A stretch of 64,000 nt of DNA from an uncultured Candidatus Saccharibacteria bacterium (GCA_964436255.1 CAYTBW010000004.1:2685-66684); one strand, 5' to 3'; shown: positions 37,812 to 47,791, counted from the stretch's first letter. Notes: a model not told the origin generated them from the sequence alone. Program-made: numbers and translations.

Positions 37812-38276
37812 CTAAAGTGCAGCTGGAGGAGACGGCTGCTGTGGTTGGGCTGGAACTTGCTGAGCAACAGGAGTTTGAGCCGGCTGTACGACTGGCTGAG
37901 GCGCGGAAGCTGGGGCTTGTTGGGCAGCTACTGGAACAGCTACTGACTGAGCAGGCGCCAAGTCGCTAAGCTCAGCATCGAGTTCAGCTTGAGACTCTCG
38001 AATATCCTTAACCGCCTGGTCTACTGCTTGCTGCATTACCTCTGACTGGTTTACTATCTTTGCGGTCAAGAAGCTATCTTGCCCGGCCTCGTCCCCGGCG
38101 TCGATAAGCTGTTCAAGCTGATCTTTGTCCTCTTCGCTTAACTTTTGATAACAAAAAGCAATAAAGTAATTCTGTACACTCTCGGCAATGTCATCAAGCA
38201 TTTCCTGCTTAGCTTCTTCTGTCATGCCTTCGCTGCCAAGCTCTTTTAAGATAATGTTTTCAATCTTGTCTTGCAT
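37812..38276 (-). CDS. hypothetical acidic protein with Q/P/A-rich tail
   Basis: 154 aa. Confidence 0.4.
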   Translation of the reverse strand: MQDKIENIILKELGSEGMTEEAKQEMLDDIAESVQNYFIAFCYQKLSEEDKDQLEQLIDAGDEAGQDSFLTAKIVNQSEVMQQAVDQAVKDIRESQAELDAELSDLAPAQSVAVPVAAQQAPASAPQPVVQPAQTPVAQQVPAQPQQPSPPAAL

Positions 38277-38285
38277 GCTATCTCC

Positions 38286-39338
38286 TTAAGCCGCTACCGG
38301 CATTACTTCGGGCGCTGCTTCTGGCGCCGCTGTGGGCGGCGGTGTTTCGGCAGGCTTAGCCACAGCTTCTGGTTCCGGCGCTTCCAGTAACTGTTTAATT
38401 GCGTCTTCGAGCTGTTCGGCACTCATACCATCAACTTCGGTTGCAGCACTTGTTTCTGCGGCAGCTATCTTTTCCTTACGGTTCTTTTCTGCCCTAGTGA
38501 CAGCATCATCATACTCGGCATCAGCCTCCTTCGTGGTGCCTTCCACGCGTGCTTCAATGTAGCTTTGTTTCAAAGACTCTAGTCTTGCCTGTTCTGCAGC
38601 CGCCTCTGCTTCCTGACGGGCAGCCTGCAAACGTGCCTCCCAATTCTTACCCGCAGTATCAACTTTTTCTACCACTGACTCCACGGCGCCCCCAACCTTC
38701 TCGGCTGCAGCAGCAATAGTGGCAGTTATTGCCTCCTTTGCCTGCTTGGCACGACCGGATATCTTCTCCATTGCCTTGGAGGCCCAGCGATTGAGAGTTT
38801 CGCCGATTTTGCGACCCTTTGCTGCCGCCTTTTCTGGTGCACTTGTGATCGCTTCGCCAGCAACGATGCTTGCGCCAATCCCTACAAGCATTGCCTTCCT
38901 GGACTTGTCCTTTGCGGCAGCTACGGCCTCCTTGCGCTTCTCGCCAACCAAATCAGCGCCCTTCTCTACGCGCTCACGAACCCCCTTGGCACGTTCCTTG
39001 ACACTCTTAAAGCCTCTATCAACCGCTCCCGCAGCGTCGTAGGCCTTTTCGGCGAGTGTATCTGCGGCGCTGCTAACCTTTTCGCGGCCAGTAGTCACTG
39101 CGTCACTGCCGCGTTCAGCTAGGTTGTCGATCTTCCTGCCAATTGCTGCGCCCTTCGCCTCTGCACGACCCATAGTTTGCTCATTAGTAGATTCGGTAGT
39201 CTGCTCTGCGGGTGCGCCTTCAGACTGCTGAGCTTCAACCATAGCAACTAGGTCAGCCTGAAGCCCTGCTGCCGTAGGACTCATAGTCTGTTCTGGTGGC
39301 TTGCTGCCGCTTGATAAATCCGGGGCCTTTGGTGCCAT
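38286..39338 (-). CDS. hypothetical Ala/Glu/Lys-rich coiled-coil protein (apolipoprotein/LEA-like amphipathic repeats)
   Basis: 350 aa low-complexity helical repeats. Confidence 0.45.
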   Translation of the reverse strand: MAPKAPDLSSGSKPPEQTMSPTAAGLQADLVAMVEAQQSEGAPAEQTTESTNEQTMGRAEAKGAAIGRKIDNLAERGSDAVTTGREKVSSAADTLAEKAYDAAGAVDRGFKSVKERAKGVRERVEKGADLVGEKRKEAVAAAKDKSRKAMLVGIGASIVAGEAITSAPEKAAAKGRKIGETLNRWASKAMEKISGRAKQAKEAITATIAAAAEKVGGAVESVVEKVDTAGKNWEARLQAARQEAEAAAEQARLESLKQSYIEARVEGTTKEADAEYDDAVTRAEKNRKEKIAAAETSAATEVDGMSAEQLEDAIKQLLEAPEPEAVAKPAETPPPTAAPEAAPEVMPVAA

Positions 39339-39404
39339 TATTATTCACTCTCTTATACCTACAGTATAGGCATAAGCGCTTTGTGGGTCAAATGACCAAG
39401 TGGA

Positions 39405-40079
39405 TTAAAAGTCTAGGAGGTCGGGGCGAGCCTGCTTGGTTTTTTCCACTGCCTGGGCCTTACGCCATTTGGCAATTTCGGCGTGGTTGCCACCTTTGAG
39501 CACTCCGGGCACCTTCATGCCGCGAAATTCCTCTGGCCTTGTGTACTGTGGGTATTCGAGCAAGCCTGCGCTAAATGATTCATCGTGAGCTGAGTCTTCG
39601 TGCCCGAGTACCCCGGGGATGAGTCGCACTACGCTGTCCACAATCGCCATAGCTGGAATCTCGCCGCCTGTGAGCACAAAGTCGCCCATCGAAACCTCTT
39701 CGTCTACAATACTTAGTATCCGCTCATCAAAGCCTTCATAATGACCACAGAGCAACACAAGGTGCTGCTCATCGCTTAATCGCTGAGCTTCGCGCTGTGT
39801 GTACTTCTTGCCGCGTGGCGTCATCATCATTACTTTGGCATTTGGTGACTTTTCTTTAATCTCCTCCACGCAAGCAAAAACTGGTTCACACTTAAGCACC
39901 ATACCAGCGCCTCCGCCGTAGGGAGTGTCGTCGACCGTCTTACGCGCACCATCGCCATAGTCACGAAGGTTCACAACCTCGAATTCGAGCTGCCTGTTCT
40001 GCTGAGCCTTCCACATCATGGAATGGGCAAACGGCCCTTCGAACATCTCTGGAAATAATGTAACTATACTGATTTTCAT
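39405..40079 (-). CDS. trmD: tRNA (guanine37-N1)-methyltransferase
   Basis: 224 aa SPOUT fold; KISIVTLFPEMF start. Confidence 0.9.
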   Translation of the reverse strand: MKISIVTLFPEMFEGPFAHSMMWKAQQNRQLEFEVVNLRDYGDGARKTVDDTPYGGGAGMVLKCEPVFACVEEIKEKSPNAKVMMMTPRGKKYTQREAQRLSDEQHLVLLCGHYEGFDERILSIVDEEVSMGDFVLTGGEIPAMAIVDSVVRLIPGVLGHEDSAHDESFSAGLLEYPQYTRPEEFRGMKVPGVLKGGNHAEIAKWRKAQAVEKTKQARPDLLDF

Positions 40080-40117
40080 AGGTGCTATTGTAGCACGCTC
40101 GAGGCTAGCCCGTTAGC

Positions 40118-41194
40118 TTAGTTGTAGCCGCGGCCGTCATAGTGCGGGTCCAGATCTTCGGACAAGTTGTCAGTAGGTTCAACAGTTTTAGAAGGAACCT
40201 CCCCGCCGTACTTTCTCGCCATTTCTACTTTTAACTGATGTGCCTTAGCCTTAGCTAGCTCAATTGCTTGTTTCTTATTCTCTAGCAGCTTTGTAATGAA
40301 GTTCTCGAATGTCTGGTGCTGAGGCATATCCGGTATGTCAGCTTGCATCGCAAGCTGATCGAGGACCTCTTTAACACCTACATCAGGGCCCAGCTCGCCG
40401 AGGATGCGCTCTATTTGAGCTACTTGAGCAGATTCATCGTCGACACTGACTTCCTCAATCAAAGAAAGTTCATCTTCATCCCGCATGTAGTCGGCCAATA
40501 CCCCCACGAATTCGTCCGCATTCATAGCCGGGTAACGTTCTGGGTCTCGTTCGTATAGCCTTCGTGCGGCATAACGATGCTCCTCAATTCTTTCTGCTAG
40601 CTTCTCTTTATAATTACCTTCCTCTGTATTCGCCCGCCTTAACGCCTCTCCAACTCTCATCTTCATATTCGGAGTAGCGCGTTCGATTGGGACATTAAGG
40701 AGTTCGTTTAATACGGGGGTTGTGACCCGATCAGTCCCCAGCCCCGCATCGTAAGTCCTGAGAATAGAACTTTGTGGTTCTTCATGTTCTGAATACTCAG
40801 AGGAAAATTCATGTCGTGCTGCCTGGGCTGCGTGCGAGGCTAGCCTGGTTTCATCTCCATTCTCGCGAGAGATAATATTATGCAGCTCACGAACAGAGAT
40901 CCCGGTGCCTGGACGGGGCAGACGCTGTACTCGGTCCAGCTGACCAGGCGTTAGTGTCTCCCTAGTCGCTAGTGGGGTTCCTTCTTCTAGGCCACCTGTG
41001 CCGTCTGCTTTTGGTAGATCGCGTTTCTGTGGTGACTGCCAACCAGTATCGCGAGCAATCTCACGTATCACCCCTTGTGTCTGTTGAGCCTGTTCGGCAC
41101 GAGTTATGCTCGGAAAGCCTCCATCAACTTGCGTCTTCTCTGCGGATGATTCACTCGGCTCGCCTGTCGGTCGGATTGGCCCCATAGGATCCAT
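40118..41194 (-). CDS. hypothetical acidic protein occupying the rimM position of the rpsP-trmD operon
   Basis: 358 aa, no PRC-barrel/RimM motifs seen. Confidence 0.45.
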   Translation of the reverse strand: MDPMGPIRPTGEPSESSAEKTQVDGGFPSITRAEQAQQTQGVIREIARDTGWQSPQKRDLPKADGTGGLEEGTPLATRETLTPGQLDRVQRLPRPGTGISVRELHNIISRENGDETRLASHAAQAARHEFSSEYSEHEEPQSSILRTYDAGLGTDRVTTPVLNELLNVPIERATPNMKMRVGEALRRANTEEGNYKEKLAERIEEHRYAARRLYERDPERYPAMNADEFVGVLADYMRDEDELSLIEEVSVDDESAQVAQIERILGELGPDVGVKEVLDQLAMQADIPDMPQHQTFENFITKLLENKKQAIELAKAKAHQLKVEMARKYGGEVPSKTVEPTDNLSEDLDPHYDGRGYN

Positions 41195-41297
41195 GATTGT
41201 TTCCTTTAATTAATTCTTATGCTTATTGTGCGTAAATTATCGCCCAAAGTCAAACACCCCGCATATGGGCAGGGTGTTTGTGCAAAACAAGAAACTT

Positions 41298-41699
41298 CTA
41301 TATATCTAGATCATCTAGGCCGTCTAGGCCTTCGCGCGCCTTGGCCTTGATAGCGGCAGTGCGGTCTTCCTCCTCTGGCTGGCCAGACTGATCCTGCTTG
41401 TCTGCTTCGCCGTCGTCGTGATTGCGCTCACGAGGTTCCGAACCCTCTGGCTCAGCAATCTTCAGATTAAACCGAGCGTCACTCTTAGCACCGAGTACGC
41501 GGAGCAAGGTTCGAATCGATTTGGCAGTAGCGCCTGCTTTACCAATAATTTTGCCCATGTCTTCTGGGTCTACACTAAGCTCTAGCAGCACACCGCGATC
41601 GTCCACCGAGCGCGTTACTACTACTTTATCTGGATTATCCACGATGGCCTTAACCACATATTCTACAAAGGCTTGATCCATTTCGGTCGCGTCTGACAT
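41298..41699 (-). CDS. KH-domain RNA-binding protein (YlqC/UPF0109-like) with acidic tail
   Basis: GKIIGKAGATAKSIR KH GXXG loop. Confidence 0.75.
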   Translation of the reverse strand: MSDATEMDQAFVEYVVKAIVDNPDKVVVTRSVDDRGVLLELSVDPEDMGKIIGKAGATAKSIRTLLRVLGAKSDARFNLKIAEPEGSEPRERNHDDGEADKQDQSGQPEEEDRTAAIKAKAREGLDGLDDLDI

Positions 41700-41785
41700 A
41701 ACATCAACTCCTTACAATTATGACTTTATTGTAACGAAAGAAGCCTGCTTTGTCATGCAGGCTTCTTGAGTGCGTAGCTTGGTGA

Positions 41786-42283
41786 TTACTCGGCGGCCTT
41801 TTCGGCTTGAGCAGTCTCTACCGCTGCGTCTGCAACAGCTTCCGTGGTTGCGGTGTCGTCTTTCGCTTCTGCGGCTTCGGCATTATCAACGTTGTGAGTT
41901 TCGGCAGCAGTTTCTTCCTTAACTTCTGCAGCTTCGGCGGCGACTTCGGCAGTAGCTTCGCCCTCAGCTGGAGCTTCTGGCTTTTCTTCAACAGCTTCTG
42001 GCTCCTTTTTCGGCTTGCGGTGCTTGTCTACAATCACAGCCCACTTAGGAAGTTCGATGCCGTCTTTGCGCATCAAGCGCAATACAGCCTCTGATGGCTG
42101 AGCGCCATTGGCAATATATTTAGCTAGGTCGTCTTTCTTAAAGCTCAGCTCTTTGGTGTGTGGGTTATAGGTTCCCAGAACTGCAACAGACTTACCTGTG
42201 GCAGCACGACGCTTGTCGGCAGCTACGATACGATATACTGGATATTTCTTGCGACCTCCGCGGGCCAATCTAATTACGAGCAT
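41786..42283 (-). CDS. rpsP: 30S ribosomal protein S16 with Ala/Glu-rich C-terminal extension
   Basis: Start at MLVIRLARGGRKKYPVYRIV; track ORF extends 9 codons further. Confidence 0.85.
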   Translation of the reverse strand: MLVIRLARGGRKKYPVYRIVAADKRRAATGKSVAVLGTYNPHTKELSFKKDDLAKYIANGAQPSEAVLRLMRKDGIELPKWAVIVDKHRKPKKEPEAVEEKPEAPAEGEATAEVAAEAAEVKEETAAETHNVDNAEAAEAKDDTATTEAVADAAVETAQAEKAAE

Positions 42284-42382
42284 AGTTTCCTTACGTTTTA
42301 GCCTGCGCACTGGTTGAGGGCTGGCAGGGGTTTAAAATCAATACACACTATTCTACCTGTAAATCAGGGTAAAAGTCAATCC

Positions 42383-44848
42383 CTATATAGAACCAGTTGG
42401 GCTAAGCCGAGCAGACACGGCCATTGCAACCCCCTGCGCGTCACTCGTGATGCCGATGAGCTGCTGGGCGGCCTGCATTGTCTCGTGATTATGAGTAATT
42501 ACTATGAGCTGCGTCTTTGCCATCAACTCCTGTAGAACCTGGTTGAATTTCTGGGAGTTTGCATCGTCTAGGGCGGCGTCCACTTCATCTAGCACTACGA
42601 ACGGGCTAGGGTTGACCGCCATAATGGCTGCGAGCAAAGCGATAGCGCCCAAAGAGCGTTCGCCGCCCGAGAGCATGGCGAGCTGCTGGGTACGCTTTCC
42701 TGGAGGGGTCGCAGTGATCTCGATGCCGTACTCACCGTTTTCTCGGGCTTCATAAACCAACTTACCTGTGCCGCCGCCAAAGAGATTATGAAAGAAGTGA
42801 CCGAATTGCGTGTTTATAGCTTTGAAACTGGTGGCGAAGCGTGACTGGATATCCTTGTCCAGCTGGGATATGAGCTTTTCCAGGTCATTTACGGCGGTAG
42901 TTAAGTCGTCGTGCTGGACGCGCAGTTTCGCCAAGCGGTCGCCAATCTCGGCAGCTAACGCCACCGAATTAGCGTCCAGCTGCTGCGTCATAGATAGTCT
43001 CGCCTCTAGTTGTGCAATGCTTGCAGTCGAAACAGGCGCGTAATCCCCCTTCGGGCCTCCAAGACTGCCGTAGGAAGAACTGTAATCCTTCTCCAGCTGC
43101 CCTAGCTCTTTCCTGTGTCCATCGAGCCGCCTCTTTGACTCCTTAAATAGGACTGAGACTTCAGATTTCTTGGATACAAGCTGCTCGATAACTCGGTCTT
43201 GCCTGGAAACTTGGCCCGTAACAGAACCCACCTCTGCGCCCATTACTGATTGAGCCTCCGCCAGCTGGACGTCAAGTTCCTGCAGGTCTTTACGCAATGC
43301 AGTCTCCCTTTTTTCATACTCGGTCTTGTCGGCTACACTAGCCTGCGCAGCTTTTTGGTCCTCGTTCCGCATCATTTCGAGTTGAGCTTCGTTTTCTTTT
43401 CTGGTGTCTTGATATGAACTTATATCCAACTCCAACCCGCGCAAACGAATAATCTCTTTATTACGTTGCTCTACGAGCTCTTCCCGCTTCGTCATTTGGC
43501 GCGTCACCTTCGCCTGCAAACTACTTATTTCCTGAGCAATAAGTTCTGACTGATCCTCAATCGCCAGCTTAATCATTCGACGCATCTTATGAATGGCGAG
43601 CTCTCGATCTGCCTTCTTCATCGTTACGATGTTGTCATTATGGGCCAATAAACTGAGGAGCCCGAGAGCATGGTTTAGATATTCGCGCTTTTGACCTCGC
43701 TGGAGATGTCGACGATGCGAAGCGAGCAAGCTATTTAGCTCCTTCAAGGTTGCCTCTATGTGCTCTATCTTTTTGTCGTATGCCGTAATATCCTCACCGA
43801 CCTTATCGACCTTCTTCTGCGCGATGGTAATACTTTTGACTACCGCTGCAAGCTCTCGCTCCATAACCAACATATCCTGTCTATTTCCCGCAGGGTTCAA
43901 AGAATCTTGCACCGAACGCTCTGCCTGTAATACTGCCAACTTCTCTACGAGAATCGAGCGCTTAGCGGACAAACGAGTGTGGGTGGTGAGAGCCACACGG
44001 CGTTGCCGCTGGGTTTCGGATTCCTTCTTGTTTCTGGCTTCTCGCTCTGCCTGCAGTAGATCCAGCTGGCCTCCCAGATCCTCCAGCTCAACCCCATAGC
44101 CATTCATGCTCTGCTCAGTGGTGGTGACGAGCTTGCGCTTGTGCAATATATCGCCATACATTAAGCTCTGCTTCGCCCGGCGCACTTGAGCTTCTAGCTC
44201 GTGCCGAGCAGCCAGGGCCTGGGCGTCCCGAGTCGCGGTCGCATGCTTGGGCTCCAAATCATTTATTAGGGCCTCTAAATCAGTAATGTTACGATTAGTT
44301 TGCTCAAGGCTCTTTATGTGGCGGTCTCTGCGCAGCTCAAATTGCTTTGTGCCACTCGCCTCCTCAAACAATACTTTGCGTTCGGCAGGAGATGTCAGCA
44401 AGAGCTTCTCGACCATACCCTGGCCAATCACCGCATAAGAGTTTTGTCCAAACCCAGCCTTGGCTAGTAAATCCTGTAGTTCATGAAGGCGAACCTTCCT
44501 GCCGTTAAGTCTGTATTCACTCTCCCCATTCCGATACAGCCTGCGAGTAATCTCAACCTCTGGAGCATCGACAGGCATTTTCCCTTGGGCATTATCAAGA
44601 AGCAACGACACTTCTGCCATGCTCGCCATGGGCTTTTTGTCGGTGCCGGCAAAAATTAGCTCCTCTGACTTATTCAAACGGAGCGCGCGAGTACTTTGTT
44701 CCCCCAGCACCCAGCGTATTGCATCCGCAACGTTGCTCTTGCCTGAGCCGTTCGGGCCCACCACTGCAACGAGGCCCTTGTTAAATTCGAGCACGGATCT
44801 AGAACCGAACGACTTAAATCCAGCTAATTCTAGACTCTTCAGATACAT
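42383..44848 (-). CDS. smc: SMC-family chromosome segregation ATPase (short, 821 aa)
   Basis: N-terminal Walker A GPNGSGKSN, C-terminal LSGGERSLGAIALL...VLDEVDAALD, long coiled coils. Confidence 0.8.
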   Translation of the reverse strand: MYLKSLELAGFKSFGSRSVLEFNKGLVAVVGPNGSGKSNVADAIRWVLGEQSTRALRLNKSEELIFAGTDKKPMASMAEVSLLLDNAQGKMPVDAPEVEITRRLYRNGESEYRLNGRKVRLHELQDLLAKAGFGQNSYAVIGQGMVEKLLLTSPAERKVLFEEASGTKQFELRRDRHIKSLEQTNRNITDLEALINDLEPKHATATRDAQALAARHELEAQVRRAKQSLMYGDILHKRKLVTTTEQSMNGYGVELEDLGGQLDLLQAEREARNKKESETQRQRRVALTTHTRLSAKRSILVEKLAVLQAERSVQDSLNPAGNRQDMLVMERELAAVVKSITIAQKKVDKVGEDITAYDKKIEHIEATLKELNSLLASHRRHLQRGQKREYLNHALGLLSLLAHNDNIVTMKKADRELAIHKMRRMIKLAIEDQSELIAQEISSLQAKVTRQMTKREELVEQRNKEIIRLRGLELDISSYQDTRKENEAQLEMMRNEDQKAAQASVADKTEYEKRETALRKDLQELDVQLAEAQSVMGAEVGSVTGQVSRQDRVIEQLVSKKSEVSVLFKESKRRLDGHRKELGQLEKDYSSSYGSLGGPKGDYAPVSTASIAQLEARLSMTQQLDANSVALAAEIGDRLAKLRVQHDDLTTAVNDLEKLISQLDKDIQSRFATSFKAINTQFGHFFHNLFGGGTGKLVYEARENGEYGIEITATPPGKRTQQLAMLSGGERSLGAIALLAAIMAVNPSPFVVLDEVDAALDDANSQKFNQVLQELMAKTQLIVITHNHETMQAAQQLIGITSDAQGVAMAVSARLSPTGSI

Positions 44849-44961
44849 ATGCCCACCTGCATGTACCTATTGTACCGTTAAGCACAAGCGGCAAGCAATT
44901 AGTATTAAGTGGGTGATTTGATAATTCAATTCTCGAGACCCCTCCAGGCGAACCCGAGAGG

Positions 44962-45402
44962 TCACGTGCTTGCGACGGTTGGATCTATCAGGGCATCATA
45001 GAGAATACCCTGAGGATCTGAAAAGTCGAGGTCTTTGCGGGGGAAAACCTCTCCTGCCAGGTACTTCTGAAGTTCATCGAGCAAGGCTAGTGCTGCGCTC
45101 TCCGGCTCGAGGCCGTCATTGCGACGAAGCCTCACGCCGATCATCAGGCTGTGCTGCCTAAGGAGACAACCGCTAACCCCCTCATGATCACGAATCCAGT
45201 TACGGATCATCACTCCCGCTGGACCAAGCCTCACATCTGGATGAATGGCCAGCTGATAGCGAACTCGATCAGGATTGTGCCCGCCCACTTGGAGTGCTAC
45301 ATCTTTGCGGATGAAACTCAAACTCTTGCAGTCCAAGCGAAGGGTCGGAGGATCGTCGAACCCGGAACCAGTGTAGAGACTTACTCGGACAGAAACAGGC
45401 AC
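44962..45402 (-). CDS. hypothetical protein (orphan, GC about 55%) inserted between rnc and smc
   Basis: 146 aa; GTG start 7 nt after GAGGAGG (45410-45416); no family recognised. Confidence 0.45.
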   Translation of the reverse strand: MPVSVRVSLYTGSGFDDPPTLRLDCKSLSFIRKDVALQVGGHNPDRVRYQLAIHPDVRLGPAGVMIRNWIRDHEGVSGCLLRQHSLMIGVRLRRNDGLEPESAALALLDELQKYLAGEVFPRKDLDFSDPQGILYDALIDPTVAST

Positions 45403-45543
45403 AAGATCACCTCCTCAATAGACTAGTGGCGACTGAGATCTACGTGCCTATTCAATCTACACATAATGAAGCCCCTTATAAACAATGAGGACCTATTCTG
45501 GATAGATCCTCTGTTTTTCGTAGCCTTTTTTTGTAATTAAGTA

Positions 45544-46230
45544 CTACTTCTTATAACGGCTCAGGGCATCAGCTGCTGCAGCTTGCTGCCCAGCCTGCTT
45601 ACTCGCTCCATTCCCCTTACCGTATTCTTTTGCCCCCAAAAAAACGCCAACAGTGAATACCTTGTCATGATCCGGTCCAACCTCTGCAAGCACCTCGTAG
45701 TGCGGAGTAATGCCGTCTCTTTCCTGGGCAATCTCCTGGAACTTACTCTTTGCATCGATATACGCGCCAGACTTAAGGATGTCCGGCAGTCCAACAATAA
45801 GCTCTCGGTCAATGAAGGCCGCGGCAACGTCATACCCTTGGTCAATGTACATTGCCCCAATAATTGCCTCGATCATGTTCGCCAGGAGTGCAGTGCGGGC
45901 ACGGCCGCCGCTCTTAACTTCGCCATGCGACATGAGTAGGTATTGTCCTAGCTCCAGCCTTTCCGCCACAGAAGCCAGTGACTCTGTCTTGACCAAGGCG
46001 CTGCGCCAGCTCGTTAGTTCACCCTCTGGATTTTCATAATTCCTATAAAGGTGGTCAGTAACCACAAGCTCGAGCACGGCATCCCCCAAGAACTCAAGTC
46101 GTTCGTTATGCTCTAGGCCGGCCTTAGGATGCTCATTAATATAACTACGGTGAATAAAAGCGCGCTTAATCAGCTCTGGCTGCTTAAAGCTCGTTGCAAG
46201 CACATCTTCGATTTTCTTTTGTTCAAACAT
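45544..46230 (-). CDS. rnc: ribonuclease III
   Basis: 228 aa; RNase III signature ERLEFLGDAVL; C-terminal dsRBD. Confidence 0.9.
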   Translation of the reverse strand: MFEQKKIEDVLATSFKQPELIKRAFIHRSYINEHPKAGLEHNERLEFLGDAVLELVVTDHLYRNYENPEGELTSWRSALVKTESLASVAERLELGQYLLMSHGEVKSGGRARTALLANMIEAIIGAMYIDQGYDVAAAFIDRELIVGLPDILKSGAYIDAKSKFQEIAQERDGITPHYEVLAEVGPDHDKVFTVGVFLGAKEYGKGNGASKQAGQQAAAADALSRYKK

Positions 46231-46729
46231 TGAGGCCTGTCTCTCTTAGCTTCTTCACACTAATGTCTAGTAATAGTTTTGTACCTTTGTATTCTATCAG
46301 AGCGCGGGCCTGATCGGCAGGGAACCACTTAAGATCCTGCACCCAATCGGTATCCTCTAGGACTAAAGGCTCTTCTGGGTCGAGCGCTTCCATTAAGAAT
46401 ATGAAGGTGGTCATGAATATAAGCTTACCTTCACGACGGTAAAAGAAGTGCACCTTGTCGAGCTTATCAACAATCTTAAGCTTAGCAAGCCCGGTCTCTT
46501 CTTGCATTTCCCGTAGGGCAGTTTGTTCAAGCGTCTCCCCCGACTCCACATGCCCTTTAGGTATTGTCCAACGAGAACGATGGTCCTGCATCAATAGAAA
46601 TTCAATCTTGCCATCACCGAGCGTGCGGTAAGCTATTCCCCCCGCAGTATACTCAGGTATCGCCTTAGCGCGGCTGTCGCCCTTACGCTGGCTTCTCAGC
46701 TTGCTTTTGTTTGTCTTCTTCTGGTTCAT
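46223..46729 (-). CDS. NUDIX hydrolase
   Basis: Nudix box GHVESGETLEQTALREMQEETG; start taken at MNQKK (track ORF longer, overlaps nusB). Confidence 0.7.
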   Translation of the reverse strand: MNQKKTNKSKLRSQRKGDSRAKAIPEYTAGGIAYRTLGDGKIEFLLMQDHRSRWTIPKGHVESGETLEQTALREMQEETGLAKLKIVDKLDKVHFFYRREGKLIFMTTFIFLMEALDPEEPLVLEDTDWVQDLKWFPADQARALIEYKGTKLLLDISVKKLRETGLNV

Positions 46730-47156
46730 AAAAATCGCTTTGTCGGTAAATCGTGCCCAATACGCCGTTAATAAACTTACTAGAGTTGTCTCCACCAAAT
46801 GACTTAGCAAGCTCAACGGCTTCATTGATCACAACCTTTGGCGGTACGTCTCGCTTGATTGCTAGTTCATACAAGGCTAAGCGCAGAATTGCTCGATCAA
46901 CCTTTGCAATCTGGTCAATCGGCCACTCCGGGGCTGCCGGAACAATAAGGGCGTCCTCCTTGTCTTGGTTTTCTATCGTTCCGCGGACCAAATCGTGCAC
47001 AAAGTCCTTATCCTCGATGCTCTCTCCGTAGATTTCGAGATTGCGCGCTACGATCTCGTCGACATCAGTCTTCAGCTCAGGTAGTGAGCTACGAAAATCA
47101 TGCTCGTACAGGCTCTGAAGGGCAACTATGCGACCGAGGTGACGGTTTGATGCCAC
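46683..47156 (-). CDS. nusB: transcription antitermination factor NusB
   Basis: NusB fold (RIVALQSLYE...), probable GTG start at 47156 just after rpmF. Confidence 0.7.
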   Translation of the reverse strand: MASNRHLGRIVALQSLYEHDFRSSLPELKTDVDEIVARNLEIYGESIEDKDFVHDLVRGTIENQDKEDALIVPAAPEWPIDQIAKVDRAILRLALYELAIKRDVPPKVVINEAVELAKSFGGDNSSKFINGVLGTIYRQSDFYEPEEDKQKQAEKPA

Positions 47157-47163
47157 TTGGGGT

Positions 47164-47331
47164 CTAAGCTTTCTTAACGCGAGCCAAGCCAAGCTTAGCT
47201 GCTTTTTGTAAGCGTCGTGGCACAACAGCTCCAGACGTCTTTTCTGTCGTCAGCTGAACGGCAGTCAGGCTGTCATGACTACGTCGTTGGCCTTTGCTTG
47301 CTTTGGTTGTACGTTTCTTTGGTACTGGCAT
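47164..47331 (-). CDS. rpmF: 50S ribosomal protein L32
   Basis: Manual translation (55 aa): MPVPKKRTTKASKGQRRSHDSLTAVQLTTEKTSGAVVPRRLQKAAKLGLARVKKA. Confidence 0.75.
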   Translation of the reverse strand: MPVPKKRTTKASKGQRRSHDSLTAVQLTTEKTSGAVVPRRLQKAAKLGLARVKKA

Positions 47332-47347
47332 GGAAGGTTCCTATTGG

Positions 47348-47740
47348 TTAGTTTGTCTTATTAAGAATGCCTTTACAATCTGATGAGCACAAGCTCTTGA
47401 GTGGGGTTCGGAGCAAAACTTCCTCTCTCAAAGGCGGTAAAAGGTCGATTTGATTATTTACAATCGGCCAATCTCCATCCTCTTCGTCATCCGCAAAGTC
47501 AGCAAAGAAGTTGAGATTAAGTGAGTATGTGTAGGGCTTTAGGCACCTATCACACTCCCTGTTGATTACCGCTTCTGCCCGTACATGAGCTGAAAAGAGC
47601 TTAGTGTGGACAACGGTAATCTCTGCTTCGCCCTCGACGGGTTCGGCTAAATCTACGTCTTCTACAGTGTCAAAGTGAATGGCGCGAGTTTGGGTAGTTC
47701 CCTCGGGCTTTCGGCTTATATCCAGAATGTTTATTAGCAT
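47348..47740 (-). CDS. YceD/DUF177 family protein (L32 operon)
   Basis: 130 aa; CDRCL...C motif, upstream of rpmF as in canonical yceD-rpmF. Confidence 0.7.
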   Translation of the reverse strand: MLINILDISRKPEGTTQTRAIHFDTVEDVDLAEPVEGEAEITVVHTKLFSAHVRAEAVINRECDRCLKPYTYSLNLNFFADFADDEEDGDWPIVNNQIDLLPPLREEVLLRTPLKSLCSSDCKGILNKTN

Positions 47741-47791
47741 ATTCTTCGCTCATGATAATAGCATTTTTTAAGCTGATTAGCAATGGCTATA

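Noticed and set aside
46683-46825. Long overlap between nusB 3' end and the NUDIX gene as evidence of a fused or frameshifted gene
   Set aside because: Explained by choosing internal starts (nusB GTG at 47156, NUDIX ATG at 46729), leaving a modest 46-nt overlap. No frameshift is needed.
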